Positions 35,323-45,081 of a stretch of 64,000 nt of DNA are shown here, one piece after another (position 1 is the stretch's first letter; each line of letters starts with the position of its first letter). Source of the stretch: Eubacteriales bacterium (lineage in GTDB: Bacteria; Bacillota; Clostridia; Oscillospirales; CAG-272). The stretch lies in contig JAZNDW010000028.1 of the NCBI GenBank assembly GCA_045588245.1, positions 18,094 to 82,093 of the forward strand. Reading direction: 5' to 3'. The notes beneath the pieces are model-generated. The model searched no databases and had not been told where the DNA came from. It worked only from the letters and a program-made list of their open reading frames with translations. The translations under genes and the position numbers were made by a program.

Positions 35323-35634
35323 ATGGGAGAATTTAATGAAATGAATAATATTTTTGATGATTCCACAAATCATTTGTTTGAGCTTATTCTTACGCTCGGA
35401 ACGGTACAGGAGTGTGAGAAGTTTTTCCTTGATGTTTGCACCGTCAAGGAGATAAAAGAAATCGCGCAAAGATGCGAGGTCGCAAAGCTCCTGCTTGACG
35501 GCAAGGTATATATAGACATCGTTAAGACAACAGGTGCAAGCACAGCGACGATAAGCCGCGTCAACCGTGCACTTCATTACGGAGAGGGCGGATATAAGCT
35601 TGCGGTTGACCGCGTGGCGGAAAAGAAGGACTGA
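35323..35634 (+). CDS. YerC/YecD-family TrpR-like DNA-binding protein, first gene of the his operon (HisR-type candidate regulator)
   Basis: About 100 aa. The sequence LFELILTLGTVQECEKFFLDVCTVKEIKEIAQRCEVAKLL...IVKTTGASTATISRVNRAL matches the YerC/YecD (Trp repressor-like) signature. Its stop is 5 nt before hisZ. The start may be the ATG at 35341. Confidence 0.8.
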   Translation: MGEFNEMNNIFDDSTNHLFELILTLGTVQECEKFFLDVCTVKEIKEIAQRCEVAKLLLDGKVYIDIVKTTGASTATISRVNRALHYGEGGYKLAVDRVAEKKD

Positions 35635-35639
35635 TTTTT

Positions 35640-36764
35640 GTGAATAATATATATAATGAACTGAAATACAGCGAGCGCATCACGTTTGAGCTTCGTCGGA
35701 TCTATGAAAGCCACGGATATACGCACTTCCGCATGAGCAAATTTGAACCGTATGACCTTTATGCACGGAATAAGGATTTTCTCACTTCCGACGAGGTCCT
35801 CACGTTTACCGATTATACGGGTAAGCTGCTCGCGCTGAAGCCCGACGTTACAATATCCATAATCAAAAATTCCGACTATCGTGACGGCGGCTCGATCGAA
35901 AAGTATTATTATAACGAAAACGTGTACCGCGTAAAAGCAGGGACACACAGCTTCGGCGAGCTTATGCAAACGGGAGTTGAATGTATAGGGGATATCGGTG
36001 CGTATGAAACGGCGGAAGTCGTAATAATGGCCGCAAAGAGTCTTGCCGCAGTTTCGGACAGATACGTTCTTGATGTGTCGGATATGGGCATCGTATCATC
36101 TTTGCTCGCCAAAATCGCGCTCACCGAGGAAGATAAACATTCAATAATTAAGTGTATTGGCGACAAAAGCGCACACGGGATCGCGGACATCTGCCGCGCC
36201 TCAGGCGTTGAGAAGACGATTGAAAGTGCACTGTTGACGCTCGTTACGTGCGGCGGCGCACTGAGCGAATCACTCAGCAAGCTTAAAGAAGCGCTGGCGG
36301 GATTTGACGTTGAAGATTCCGTCAGCGAGCTTGAATCGCTGCTTGCGGCGCTTGAGCGCTGCGGCGTATCGGATCACGTTCGACTCGACTTTTCCGTTGT
36401 ATACGACAAAACGTATTATAACGGGATCGTGTTCCGCGGATTCGTTGAAGGCGTGCCCGAACGCGTACTTTCGGGCGGACGGTATGATTTGCTTTTGAAC
36501 CGTATGGGCAAACACGGCGGCGGCATCGGATTTGCCGTATACATTGACACGCTTGAGCGTCTCGAAAAAAGAAACGTCTCGTATACCGACGTGCTGGTAC
36601 TTATGACAGACAAAGACAAGGCAGACTCTGTTGTCGCTGAAACGGAAAAGCTCATAGCGGACGGAAAAACAGTGCTGACGGCGCGTGCCGTACCGCAACG
36701 CCGCCGCTTTGGAGCGATAATGAAGCTTTCTGAAGGGAAGCTCACGGAGGTGACTGAAACATGA
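35640..36764 (+). CDS. hisZ: ATP phosphoribosyltransferase regulatory subunit
   Basis: HisRS-like catalytic-core paralogue without an anticodon-binding domain (RMSKFEPYDLY, LKPDVTISI, YYNENVYR, YYNGIVFRGF). GTG start, followed by a short-form hisG. Confidence 0.88.
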   Translation: MNNIYNELKYSERITFELRRIYESHGYTHFRMSKFEPYDLYARNKDFLTSDEVLTFTDYTGKLLALKPDVTISIIKNSDYRDGGSIEKYYYNENVYRVKAGTHSFGELMQTGVECIGDIGAYETAEVVIMAAKSLAAVSDRYVLDVSDMGIVSSLLAKIALTEEDKHSIIKCIGDKSAHGIADICRASGVEKTIESALLTLVTCGGALSESLSKLKEALAGFDVEDSVSELESLLAALERCGVSDHVRLDFSVVYDKTYYNGIVFRGFVEGVPERVLSGGRYDLLLNRMGKHGGGIGFAVYIDTLERLEKRNVSYTDVLVLMTDKDKADSVVAETEKLIADGKTVLTARAVPQRRRFGAIMKLSEGKLTEVTET

Positions 36765-37384
36765 TCAATATTGCGCTTCCCAAAGGCAGACTCGGCGAAA
36801 AAACGCTTGCGATCCTTGAAGATGCGGGGTACGGATGCCCCGAGATACACGAGCCCGGTACACGCCGCCTCGTTTTTGAAAATGAGGAGTGCGGAGTTCG
36901 CTTTTTCTGGGTGAAGCCGTCGGATTCGGCGGTGTACGTTGAGCGCGGAGCCGCAGACGTCGGAATTGTCGGTCGCGATATTCTGCTTGAATATTCTCCC
37001 GATGTTTATGAGCTTTGCGATCTTGAAATGGGGCGCTGCCGTATGTGCGTTGCTGCTCCTTTGGGATTTGTTGACGACAGAGAGAAAACTCTCGTCGTTG
37101 CAACGAAATTCCCCGAGATCGCGAAAAGCTATTACGCAAAAAAATGCCGCGATATCGACATCGTCAAGCTTAACGGCTCGATTGAACTTGCGCCTTTGCT
37201 CGGGTTGTCGGACGTTATCGTGGATATAGTTGAAACGGGCACGACGCTTTACGAAAACAACCTTACCGTTGTTGACACGATAGTTGATATAAGCACTCGC
37301 CTTGTGGCGAATAAGGCGTCAATGAAGTTCCGCGAAGCGGAGATCGAAGCCGTAACGTCGGCGATACGATCACGCATCGGTTAA
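36761..37384 (+). CDS. hisG: ATP phosphoribosyltransferase, short form
   Basis: Sequence IALPKGRL...DVGIVGRDIL...VATKFP...DIVETGTTL. At 207 aa it lacks the C-terminal regulatory domain, consistent with the presence of hisZ. Confidence 0.92.
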   Translation: MINIALPKGRLGEKTLAILEDAGYGCPEIHEPGTRRLVFENEECGVRFFWVKPSDSAVYVERGAADVGIVGRDILLEYSPDVYELCDLEMGRCRMCVAAPLGFVDDREKTLVVATKFPEIAKSYYAKKCRDIDIVKLNGSIELAPLLGLSDVIVDIVETGTTLYENNLTVVDTIVDISTRLVANKASMKFREAEIEAVTSAIRSRIG

Positions 37385-37408
37385 AAAAGTCAGAAAGGCA
37401 CAGTATAT

Positions 37409-38692
37409 ATGATAAATATCGTCAGATATGATGCTGGAAAAAAAGAGGAGATACTGTCACACACGATGCCAACGGCGAACGTTGCCGACACTGTCAGCGG
37501 CATAATCTCCGAGGTGAAGGCACGCGGAGACGCGGCACTTTACGAATTTACGGAAAGGTTTGACAAGGCACAGCTCAAAAGCCTTGCCGTAACGAAGGAG
37601 GAAATGTCTTCGGCATATGCCAAAGTGTCGCCCGAACTTATTCGAGTTATAACGACATCTGCCGAAAATATACAACAGTTTCATAAACATCAAATCAGAA
37701 GCTCGTTTATGATGACTCGGGAGGGCGTTGTTGCAGGTCAAAGGATCGTTCCTATCGATCACGTCGGCATATACGTTCCGGGCGGCACAGCACCTCTTTC
37801 ATCAACGGTACTGATGAACGCGATCCCCGCGAAGCTTGCAGGGTGCCGACAGATCGTAATGGTAACGCCGCCACTCTCGGACGGTACGTTAGCTCCCGAA
37901 ATACTCGCCGCGGCGAAGATCGCGGGCGTCGACTGCATTTATAAGATAGGCGGCGCGCAGGCTATCGCCGCACTTGCGTACGGCACGGAAACGGTGCCGA
38001 GAGTCGATAAGATCGTCGGCCCCGGAAACGCATACGTCGCCGAAGCAAAGCGACAGGTATACGGCAGAGTGTCGATCGATATGATAGCTGGCCCCAGCGA
38101 GATTCTGATCGTTGCGGACAAGAGTGCAAATCCGAGGTTCGTTGCCGCGGATCTGCTCTCTCAGGCAGAGCATGATAAAAACGCATCTGCCGTGCTCATC
38201 ACGGACAGCGAAACACTCGCAAAGTCCGTTCAAAACGAGCTTGAAACGCAGCTTTGCCTTTTGCCGAGAGAAGAGATCGCACGCGCTTCAATAGATACTA
38301 ACGGCAAGATCATCATCGTAGACAATATCGGCGAAGCGATAGAGATCTCAAATGAGCTTGCTCCCGAGCATCTTGAGCTTTCCGTTGAAAATCCGTTTGA
38401 TTATCTTGATTACGTGCGACACGCGGGCAGCGTTTTCCTCGGCAAATATTGCCCCGAAGCGACTGGTGACTATTATTCGGGAGCAAACCACACGCTCCCC
38501 ACGAGCGGTACGGCAAAATTCTCGTCGCCGCTTTCCGTTGATGATTTTGTGAAAAAGATTCAATATACATATTATACAAAGGATGCGTTTACCCGCGTTG
38601 CGGGTGACATCGCACGCTTCGCGGAGTGTGAGGGACTGACGGCTCACGCGTACAGCGCTCTCGTCCGCGTTGAAGAAGAAGGAACACTATGA
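37409..38692 (+). CDS. hisD: Histidinol dehydrogenase
   Basis: Motifs GIYVPGGTAPLSSTVLM, IDMIAGPSEILI, SQAEHD and ELAPEHLEL. Confidence 0.93.
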   Translation: MINIVRYDAGKKEEILSHTMPTANVADTVSGIISEVKARGDAALYEFTERFDKAQLKSLAVTKEEMSSAYAKVSPELIRVITTSAENIQQFHKHQIRSSFMMTREGVVAGQRIVPIDHVGIYVPGGTAPLSSTVLMNAIPAKLAGCRQIVMVTPPLSDGTLAPEILAAAKIAGVDCIYKIGGAQAIAALAYGTETVPRVDKIVGPGNAYVAEAKRQVYGRVSIDMIAGPSEILIVADKSANPRFVAADLLSQAEHDKNASAVLITDSETLAKSVQNELETQLCLLPREEIARASIDTNGKIIIVDNIGEAIEISNELAPEHLELSVENPFDYLDYVRHAGSVFLGKYCPEATGDYYSGANHTLPTSGTAKFSSPLSVDDFVKKIQYTYYTKDAFTRVAGDIARFAECEGLTAHAYSALVRVEEEGTL

Positions 38693-39747
38693 GCCGTTAT
38701 TTTGCTAAAAAATATGAGACCCTTGATGCATACGTGCCGGGCGAGCAGCCCCGCGGCAGAAAATACATCAAGCTGAACACGAACGAAAGCCCGTATCCGC
38801 CGTCGAGCGGCGTGATCGCGGCGGCTGACCGAACGACGATCGAATCTTTGCCGCTCTATCCCGATCCCGAAGCGACACTGCTGCGCGATAAGCTTGCCGA
38901 GTATCACGGGGTCGAGCGGAAAAACGTCTTCGTTTCAAACGGCTCCGACGACATACTCAATTTTGCGTTCATGGCATTCGGTATTGACCCGGGCGCGGCT
39001 TTCCCCGACATCACATACGGATTTTACCGCGTCTTCTGCGCACTTCACGGCATCGATTTTGTCGAGGTACCGCTTGCGGATGATTTTACGGTCCGCGCCG
39101 ACGATTACGTCGGCATCGGACGCTTCGTTGTGATCGCAAATCCGAACGCACCGACGGGAATAAATCTGCCTTTGTCGGAGGTTGAGCGCATCGTTGCGGG
39201 AAACCCCGATACAGTCGTTTTGATCGACGAAGCATACGTCGATTTCGGCGGTACGTCCGCCGTACCGCTTACAAAAAAATACGATAACGTCCTCGTCGTC
39301 GGAACGTATTCGAAATCACGCTCCATGGCAGGCGCAAGACTCGGATATGCCATCGGCAACGAAGAGTTAATACTGGACCTCGGAGCGCTTAAATATTCAA
39401 CGAATCCGTACGACGTCGATACGCTCACGCAAAAGATGGGGGCGGCTGCCATTGATGACGCGGCGTATTATCTACACAATTGCAAAAAAATCATCGCCGT
39501 TCGCGATGCGTTTGGGGACGAGCTCTGTAGCATGGGCTTTTCTGTCCTCGATTCAAGCGCAAACTTCGTTTTCGCAAAGCACGAATCGATAGACGGCGAA
39601 ACCGTCTACGCCGAGCTCCGCCGCCACGGAATTCTCGTCCGCCATTTTTCTGGCGAACGTATCTGCAATTATAACAGGATCACCATCGGCACCGAGGCTG
39701 ATATGAAAACCGTTGCCGAAACACTCCGAAAGATAACACAAAAATAA
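38689..39747 (+). CDS. hisC: Histidinol-phosphate aminotransferase
   Basis: Motifs KLNTNESPYPPS and IDEAYVDFGG, with the PLP-lysine context GTYSKSRSMAGARLGY. Confidence 0.92.
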   Translation: MSRYFAKKYETLDAYVPGEQPRGRKYIKLNTNESPYPPSSGVIAAADRTTIESLPLYPDPEATLLRDKLAEYHGVERKNVFVSNGSDDILNFAFMAFGIDPGAAFPDITYGFYRVFCALHGIDFVEVPLADDFTVRADDYVGIGRFVVIANPNAPTGINLPLSEVERIVAGNPDTVVLIDEAYVDFGGTSAVPLTKKYDNVLVVGTYSKSRSMAGARLGYAIGNEELILDLGALKYSTNPYDVDTLTQKMGAAAIDDAAYYLHNCKKIIAVRDAFGDELCSMGFSVLDSSANFVFAKHESIDGETVYAELRRHGILVRHFSGERICNYNRITIGTEADMKTVAETLRKITQK

Positions 39748-39768
39748 AGCATAAAGGAAGAATACCGT

Positions 39769-40356
39769 ATGAGATTCACCGAAATTGTACGCAAAACAAG
39801 TGAAACAGAAGTAGCCCTCAACCTGACGCTTGAGGGCGGCGGCGTCTCCCGAATGAACACGGGTTGCGGATTTTTAGACCACATGCTGACGCTGTTCGCT
39901 CATCACGGCCGTTTTGATCTGTCGATCGACTGCGTCGGTGACACAAACGTTGACTATCACCATACGACAGAGGATATCGCGATCGCGCTTGGCAAAGCCT
40001 TCTCCGAGTCTCTCGGAGACAAACGCGGCATCGCACGCTACGGCTCGATGATTCTGCCGATGGATGAAGCGCTCGTATTGACAGCGGTCGACATTTCGGG
40101 ACGCGCACACCTTTCCTACGACGTTACGCTTCCTTCAACACGTGTCGGTGATTTTGATACGGAGCTTGTGGAAGAATTTCTCACAGCGTTTGTCCGCTCG
40201 GCGAATATAACGCTTCACGTAAGAATGATGGCGGGCAAAAACACGCATCACATAATCGAGGCGATATATAAAAGCCTTGCACGCGCGCTTCGCGCGGCTG
40301 TCGCAATCGATCCTGATGCGGCGGACACGATCCCGTCAAGTAAAGGAGTTATCTGA
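39769..40356 (+). CDS. hisB: Imidazoleglycerol-phosphate dehydratase
   Basis: Motifs RKTSETEV, GCGFLDHMLTLFAHHG, DYHHTTEDIAIALG and NTHHIIEAIYKSLARAL. Confidence 0.93.
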   Translation: MRFTEIVRKTSETEVALNLTLEGGGVSRMNTGCGFLDHMLTLFAHHGRFDLSIDCVGDTNVDYHHTTEDIAIALGKAFSESLGDKRGIARYGSMILPMDEALVLTAVDISGRAHLSYDVTLPSTRVGDFDTELVEEFLTAFVRSANITLHVRMMAGKNTHHIIEAIYKSLARALRAAVAIDPDAADTIPSSKGVI

Positions 40357-40362
40357 AAATAA

Positions 40363-40986
40363 ATGATAGCCATAATTGATTACGGTGTCGGCAATCTGTT
40401 TTCGCTCGCATCAAGCTTCCGTGCCTGCGGCGAAAAAACCGTCGTCACCTCCGACAGAAAGATCATCTCCGAAGCCGACAAGATCATCCTGCCGGGTGTC
40501 GGCGCTTTTTCCGATGCGGCAAAGAAACTGTTTGATTCGGGAATGGCGGACGCGGTTACCGAAGAGGCGGCAAAAGGGAAGCCCTTGATGGGGATCTGCC
40601 TCGGAATGCAGCTTTTGTTTGAGGAAAGTCTTGAATACGGACGCCACCGCGGACTCGGTCTGCTCCCCGGGACCGTCACGCCAATATCTGACGTTATTCC
40701 GAAGGAATATAAGATACCGCACATCGGCTGGAACGCGCTTGACTTGAAGCAGCCCGAATGCAAGCTTTTTGCACGTACCAAGAACGGAGACTGCGTTTAC
40801 TTTGTCCATTCATATTATGCCGACACGGAGCCCGACGTCGTCGCCGCCGTGACAGAATACGGCGCAGAGCTGACGGCGGCTGTCTGCCGCGGCAATATAT
40901 ACGGATGTCAATTCCACCCCGAAAAAAGCGGTATGGTGGGGCTCGGAATACTGAAATCTTTCATTGAAATGAGAGGGAGCGTATGA
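40363..40986 (+). CDS. hisH: Imidazole glycerol phosphate synthase, glutamine amidotransferase subunit
   Basis: Motifs IIDYGVGNLFS, LPGVGAF and GICLGMQLLF (catalytic Cys), plus FHPEKS. Confidence 0.93.
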   Translation: MIAIIDYGVGNLFSLASSFRACGEKTVVTSDRKIISEADKIILPGVGAFSDAAKKLFDSGMADAVTEEAAKGKPLMGICLGMQLLFEESLEYGRHRGLGLLPGTVTPISDVIPKEYKIPHIGWNALDLKQPECKLFARTKNGDCVYFVHSYYADTEPDVVAAVTEYGAELTAAVCRGNIYGCQFHPEKSGMVGLGILKSFIEMRGSV

Positions 40987-41696
40987 TCATTCTTCCCGCA
41001 ATCGATCTTTTGTCAGGATGCGCCGTCAGACTGTATCGCGGCGATTACGAACAAAAAACGGTGTATAGCGAAAATCCCGCAGAGGTTGCAAAGGCATTTG
41101 CCTTTGCGGGTGCGGAATATATCCACGTCGTTGACCTCGACGGCGCAAAAACGGGCGAGCTGACCAATCTCGGAACTATCGAGCGGATCGTGTGCAAGTC
41201 GGGACTCAAGGTTGAAGTCGGCGGAGGTATACGTTCGATGGAATCTATCGACCGATACATGAGTATCGGCGTTAAGCGTGTCATTCTCGGTACGGCGGCG
41301 ATCAAGGATCGCGCACTTTTGTGCTCCGCCGTCGCAAAATACGGTGACGCTGTCGCCGTCGGCGCGGATCTGTCCGACGGATACATCGCCATTGACGGCT
41401 GGCTCAACAAGACCGAGGTGACAGCGGACGAGTTTTTCTCCGACATGGAATTTATCGGTGTGAAAACCGTCATCTGCACCGACATTTCGCGCGACGGAGC
41501 CATGAAGGGCACGAACCACGAGCTTTACCGTACGCTTTCGGAAAAATATAAAGTGAATATCATCGCGTCGGGCGGCGTGTCGTCGCTCGATGACGTGAAG
41601 CGGCTGGCGGCGCTCGGTATATACGGCGCCATAATCGGCAAGGCGTATTACACGGGTGCCATTGATCTGCATGAAGCATTGGAGGCGGCGAAATGA
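40983..41696 (+). CDS. hisA: 1-(5-phosphoribosyl)-5-[(5-phosphoribosylamino)methylideneamino]imidazole-4-carboxamide isomerase
   Basis: Motifs ILPAIDLLSGCAVRL, HVVDLDGA, VGGGIRS, DISRDGAMKG and ASGGVSS. Confidence 0.93.
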   Translation: MIILPAIDLLSGCAVRLYRGDYEQKTVYSENPAEVAKAFAFAGAEYIHVVDLDGAKTGELTNLGTIERIVCKSGLKVEVGGGIRSMESIDRYMSIGVKRVILGTAAIKDRALLCSAVAKYGDAVAVGADLSDGYIAIDGWLNKTEVTADEFFSDMEFIGVKTVICTDISRDGAMKGTNHELYRTLSEKYKVNIIASGGVSSLDDVKRLAALGIYGAIIGKAYYTGAIDLHEALEAAK

Positions 41697-42457
41697 TAAC
41701 GAAAAGAATAATACCGTGCCTCGATGTAAAAAACGGACGTGTTGTTAAGGGCACGAACTTTGAAGGACTTGCCGACGTCGCCGATCCTGTGGTGCTCGGT
41801 GAATATTACAGTCATTCGGGTGCCGACGAACTCGTTTTTTACGATATTGCGGCATCGTCTGAGGGAAGAACGCTTTTTACGGACATATTAACACGTGTCG
41901 CAGAGCGGATATTCATACCGCTCACGGTCGGGGGAGGAATCAACACGGTCGACGATTTTGATCGCGTGCTGAAGTGCGGTGCGGACAAAGTCAGTGTCAA
42001 TTCGGGTGCTATCAAGGATCCGTCACTTATCGAGCGTGCGGCAAAAAAATACGGCTCGCAGTGCGTCGTGCTTTCTGCCGATATAAAGCGTGTTGGCGGA
42101 GAATATCACGTTTTTATGAACGGCGGCAGAATCGATACGGGAATGGAGGCGCTTTCGTGGATACGCCGCGGTGTTGACCTTGGCGCAGGCGAGATCGTCG
42201 TCAATTCGATCGACACAGACGGTGTCAGATCGGGCTTTGATATAGAGCTGACGCGCCGCGTGTGCGAGCTTGTGACAGTTCCCGTCATCGCGTCGGGCGG
42301 AGCAGGAAAGCTTGAGCATTTCACGGAGCTTTTTGAAAAAATCTCCACTGTTGACGCCGGACTTGCCGCGTCCGTATTCCACTATGGAGAAATAAAAATC
42401 GAAGATCTGAAGCGCGAACTGCTGCTTCGGGGAATCAACATAAGAGGTACGATATGA
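41693..42457 (+). CDS. hisF: Imidazole glycerol phosphate synthase, cyclase subunit
   Basis: Motifs [45 protein letters not shown] and ASGGAG. Confidence 0.93.
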   Translation: MITKRIIPCLDVKNGRVVKGTNFEGLADVADPVVLGEYYSHSGADELVFYDIAASSEGRTLFTDILTRVAERIFIPLTVGGGINTVDDFDRVLKCGADKVSVNSGAIKDPSLIERAAKKYGSQCVVLSADIKRVGGEYHVFMNGGRIDTGMEALSWIRRGVDLGAGEIVVNSIDTDGVRSGFDIELTRRVCELVTVPVIASGGAGKLEHFTELFEKISTVDAGLAASVFHYGEIKIEDLKRELLLRGINIRGTI

Positions 42458-43110
42458 TAAAGATAGATGAACTTAAGTTTGATGAGAGCGGGCTCATACC
42501 TGCCGTCGTCGTTGATGCGATAACCCGTGACGTGCTGACGGTTGCCTATATGAACCGTGAAAGCCTCGGCATCACCGTTGAGCGCGGTCTGTCCTGCTTC
42601 TGGAGCCGCTCGCGTGCTGAGCTTTGGCTGAAGGGCGAAACGAGCGGAAACTATCAACACGTCGTTAAGATCGTCGCGGACTGCGACCGAGATGCACTCG
42701 TCGTGCTCGTTGAGCGCGACGGTCCTGCTTGCCATACGGGAAGCGATAGCTGTTTTTTTGATGTGCTTTACGAAAGCGACGAACTGCACGACTTTACGTA
42801 TCAAGGACTTTTCGATCTGATAAAGGGGCGTAAGACAAACCAAAAGGACGGATCGTATACGACGTACCTCTTCCAGAAAGGTCTTGATAAGATACTCAAG
42901 AAAATCGGCGAGGAGTCAACGGAGGTCATCGTTGCCGCAAAGGGCGGCGATCGCGCCGAAACGATATACGAGATCGCGGACCTCTGCTATCACGTTATGG
43001 TTTTGATGGCGGAAGCCGACATTAGCCTTGATGAGGTGACGCGCGAGCTCGCATCACGTCACGTTATCGATAAAAAAGTGAAGCAAGAAACGATGAAGAG
43101 TAATGTATAA
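42454..43110 (+). CDS. hisIE: Bifunctional phosphoribosyl-AMP cyclohydrolase / phosphoribosyl-ATP pyrophosphatase
   Basis: HisI part LIPAVVVD...MNRESL...FWSRSR..LW.KGETSGN...DCD.DAL. HisE part [25 protein letters not shown]...[13 protein letters not shown]. Confidence 0.92.
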   Translation: MIKIDELKFDESGLIPAVVVDAITRDVLTVAYMNRESLGITVERGLSCFWSRSRAELWLKGETSGNYQHVVKIVADCDRDALVVLVERDGPACHTGSDSCFFDVLYESDELHDFTYQGLFDLIKGRKTNQKDGSYTTYLFQKGLDKILKKIGEESTEVIVAAKGGDRAETIYEIADLCYHVMVLMAEADISLDEVTRELASRHVIDKKVKQETMKSNV

Positions 43111-43918
43111 GCAAAATCTTCATACGCATACCGTCTATTGCGACGGTGCCGACGGCATAGAGGATATGGTACTCACCGCAATCGACGGGGGATTCGATTC
43201 GATCGGCTTTTCGGGGCACAGCTACACACCGTTTGACGTGAGATACTGCATGACTCCCGAAAAAACGGCGGAGTACGTCGCCGAGTGCAGACGCCTTTCT
43301 GAAAAATACCGAGGAAAGATCGACGTGTACTGCGGAATCGAGCAGGATTATTACGCGCCCGCACCGGAGCATGACTACGATTATATCATCGGATCGGTAC
43401 ACTACATCCGCGTCGGTAACGATTATGTCCCGATCGACGACGACGTACAGACGCTATTTGACGCGGCGGACAAATGTTTCGACGGGGACATGTATGCGCT
43501 TGTCGAGGAGTATTACAAAACCGTCGCCGACGTTCTGAAAAAGACGGACTGCGACATAGTCGGTCATGTTGACGTAATAACGAAGTTTATAAAGAGGGCG
43601 GAGCTATTCGACGTCAGCTCGGAGCGTTATCGAAGAATGGCAAAAGCCGCCATCGAAAATTTACAAAGATCAGATGTGATTTTTGAGATGAATGCCGGGG
43701 CTGTTGCAGGTGGATACCGCCGCGATCCGTACCCTGCATTTGACCTTTTGCGGCTGATTGCGGATACAGGGGGAAAGATAACGTTCTCTTCGGATTGTCA
43801 CGACAAAAGCAAATTAAGCGTCGGCCGCGACCGAATGATAGAGCTCGCCAAGTCGGCAGGCTTCAAAGAAGCATACGTCCTCTGCGATGGCGGATTTATC
43901 CCGACACCGTTAGATTGA
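43103..43918 (+). CDS. hisK: Histidinol-phosphatase, PHP family
   Basis: N-terminal [11 protein letters not shown] metal motif, plus GFSGHS, GSVHY and the later GHVD and SDCH motifs typical of HisJ/HisK PHP phosphatases. Last gene of the his operon, overlapping hisIE by 8 nt. Confidence 0.82.
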   Translation: MYKQNLHTHTVYCDGADGIEDMVLTAIDGGFDSIGFSGHSYTPFDVRYCMTPEKTAEYVAECRRLSEKYRGKIDVYCGIEQDYYAPAPEHDYDYIIGSVHYIRVGNDYVPIDDDVQTLFDAADKCFDGDMYALVEEYYKTVADVLKKTDCDIVGHVDVITKFIKRAELFDVSSERYRRMAKAAIENLQRSDVIFEMNAGAVAGGYRRDPYPAFDLLRLIADTGGKITFSSDCHDKSKLSVGRDRMIELAKSAGFKEAYVLCDGGFIPTPLD

Positions 43919-43996
43919 AACGAAACCGACCTTGTATCACGAATCCCTTGCTTGAAAAATCGGTTTTTAATGTTTTTAATTTGCCGAAATAAACGA

Positions 43997-44029
43997 AGCG
44001 CCATTCATCAGAATGGCGCTTTGCTTTTG
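43997..44029. terminator. Bidirectional rho-independent terminator between the his operon and the convergent glycopolymer operon
   Basis: Stem AGCGCCATTC (43997-44006) pairs with GAATGGCGCT (44011-44020), followed by TTGCTTTTG. Confidence 0.8.
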
Positions 44030-44040
44030 TTTATTTGCTT

Positions 44041-45081
44041 TTATTTTTTCAGCTTTCCCATAACTCCGGGATTGTGATTGCTCCAAACGTTTCCGACGCT
44101 GTTTTGACCGCGAGCCCTTACGGTATAAAGATACGCGATCTTGTCTGACGGCGGAACGTCCGTATATTCAAGTCCTGCGTATCCGTCAGCGATCTGACTC
44201 CAAGCCGAACCGGGGACGTTTTCCTTGCGGTACACGCGATAATCGATGGCATTGTTTATGTTGTTCCAGCTGATAGTGACCGAATCGGCGCACGACGTAA
44301 CGCGGACGGTCGGTGCCGGCAGGTACGACAGCTTTGTCGGATCGCTTGCGATATGCTGATGATAAAGCTCAAGCACCGTTTCGGGATCGCCAATAGCGCG
44401 CAATTCGCCGAACTCAAGCCACATAACACGAGTGCAAAGATTTTTGATCTCTCCCAGGTTGTGGGATACGATTATAACGGTCTTGTTGCTGTTGTTGATG
44501 AGAGCTTCGAGCGCGGCATGGCTTTTTGCACGGAATTTCATGTCACCGACGGAAAGGACTTCGTCGATGAGGATTATATCCGTTTCAAGCATTATGGCGA
44601 TGGAAAATGCCAATTTTGAATACATTCCGCTTGAATAATTCTTCACAGGACGGTCAATGGCGTCACCGATCTCGGAAAACTCTACGATGCTGTCAAACTT
44701 TTCGTCAATTTCATCTTTGGTGAATCCCATTGAAAGGGCCGAGAGAATGACGTTGTCGCGTCCTGATAACTCTCCGATAAACCCGGTTCCGAGCGAGAGA
44801 AGAGAAATGCTGTTCCCGTGGAGGTCAACGGAACCCGAATTGGGAGCCATAAGACCGGCAACAGAACGCAAAAGCGTAGATTTTCCGCTTCCGTTAGATC
44901 CGATAATACCGAGTATTTCGCCTTTGGGTACGGTAAAGCTGACATTGTCAAGAGCTTTTACTGTTTTTTTGTTTTTGTCGCCAAAGCGTAAGCTGCGGAT
45001 ACTCCGTTTTTCGGTAATATCATATTGTAAGCATAAATTCTCAACTGTAATAACTTCTGTCATAGTAATCTCTTTCATCAA
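44041..45081 (-). CDS. tagH: Teichoic-acid/polysaccharide export ABC transporter ATP-binding protein (TagH/Wzt type) with a C-terminal FN3-like domain
   Basis: Walker A GSNGSGKST, signature YSSGMYSKLAF, Walker B ILIDEVLSVGD. The last ~100 aa, SVTISWNNINNAIDYRVYRKENVPGSAWSQIADGYAGLEYTDVPPSDKIAYLYTVRARG, fit the fibronectin type III strand pattern. No TM segment. Confidence 0.82.
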   Translation of the reverse strand: MMKEITMTEVITVENLCLQYDITEKRSIRSLRFGDKNKKTVKALDNVSFTVPKGEILGIIGSNGSGKSTLLRSVAGLMAPNSGSVDLHGNSISLLSLGTGFIGELSGRDNVILSALSMGFTKDEIDEKFDSIVEFSEIGDAIDRPVKNYSSGMYSKLAFSIAIMLETDIILIDEVLSVGDMKFRAKSHAALEALINNSNKTVIIVSHNLGEIKNLCTRVMWLEFGELRAIGDPETVLELYHQHIASDPTKLSYLPAPTVRVTSCADSVTISWNNINNAIDYRVYRKENVPGSAWSQIADGYAGLEYTDVPPSDKIAYLYTVRARGQNSVGNVWSNHNPGVMGKLKK

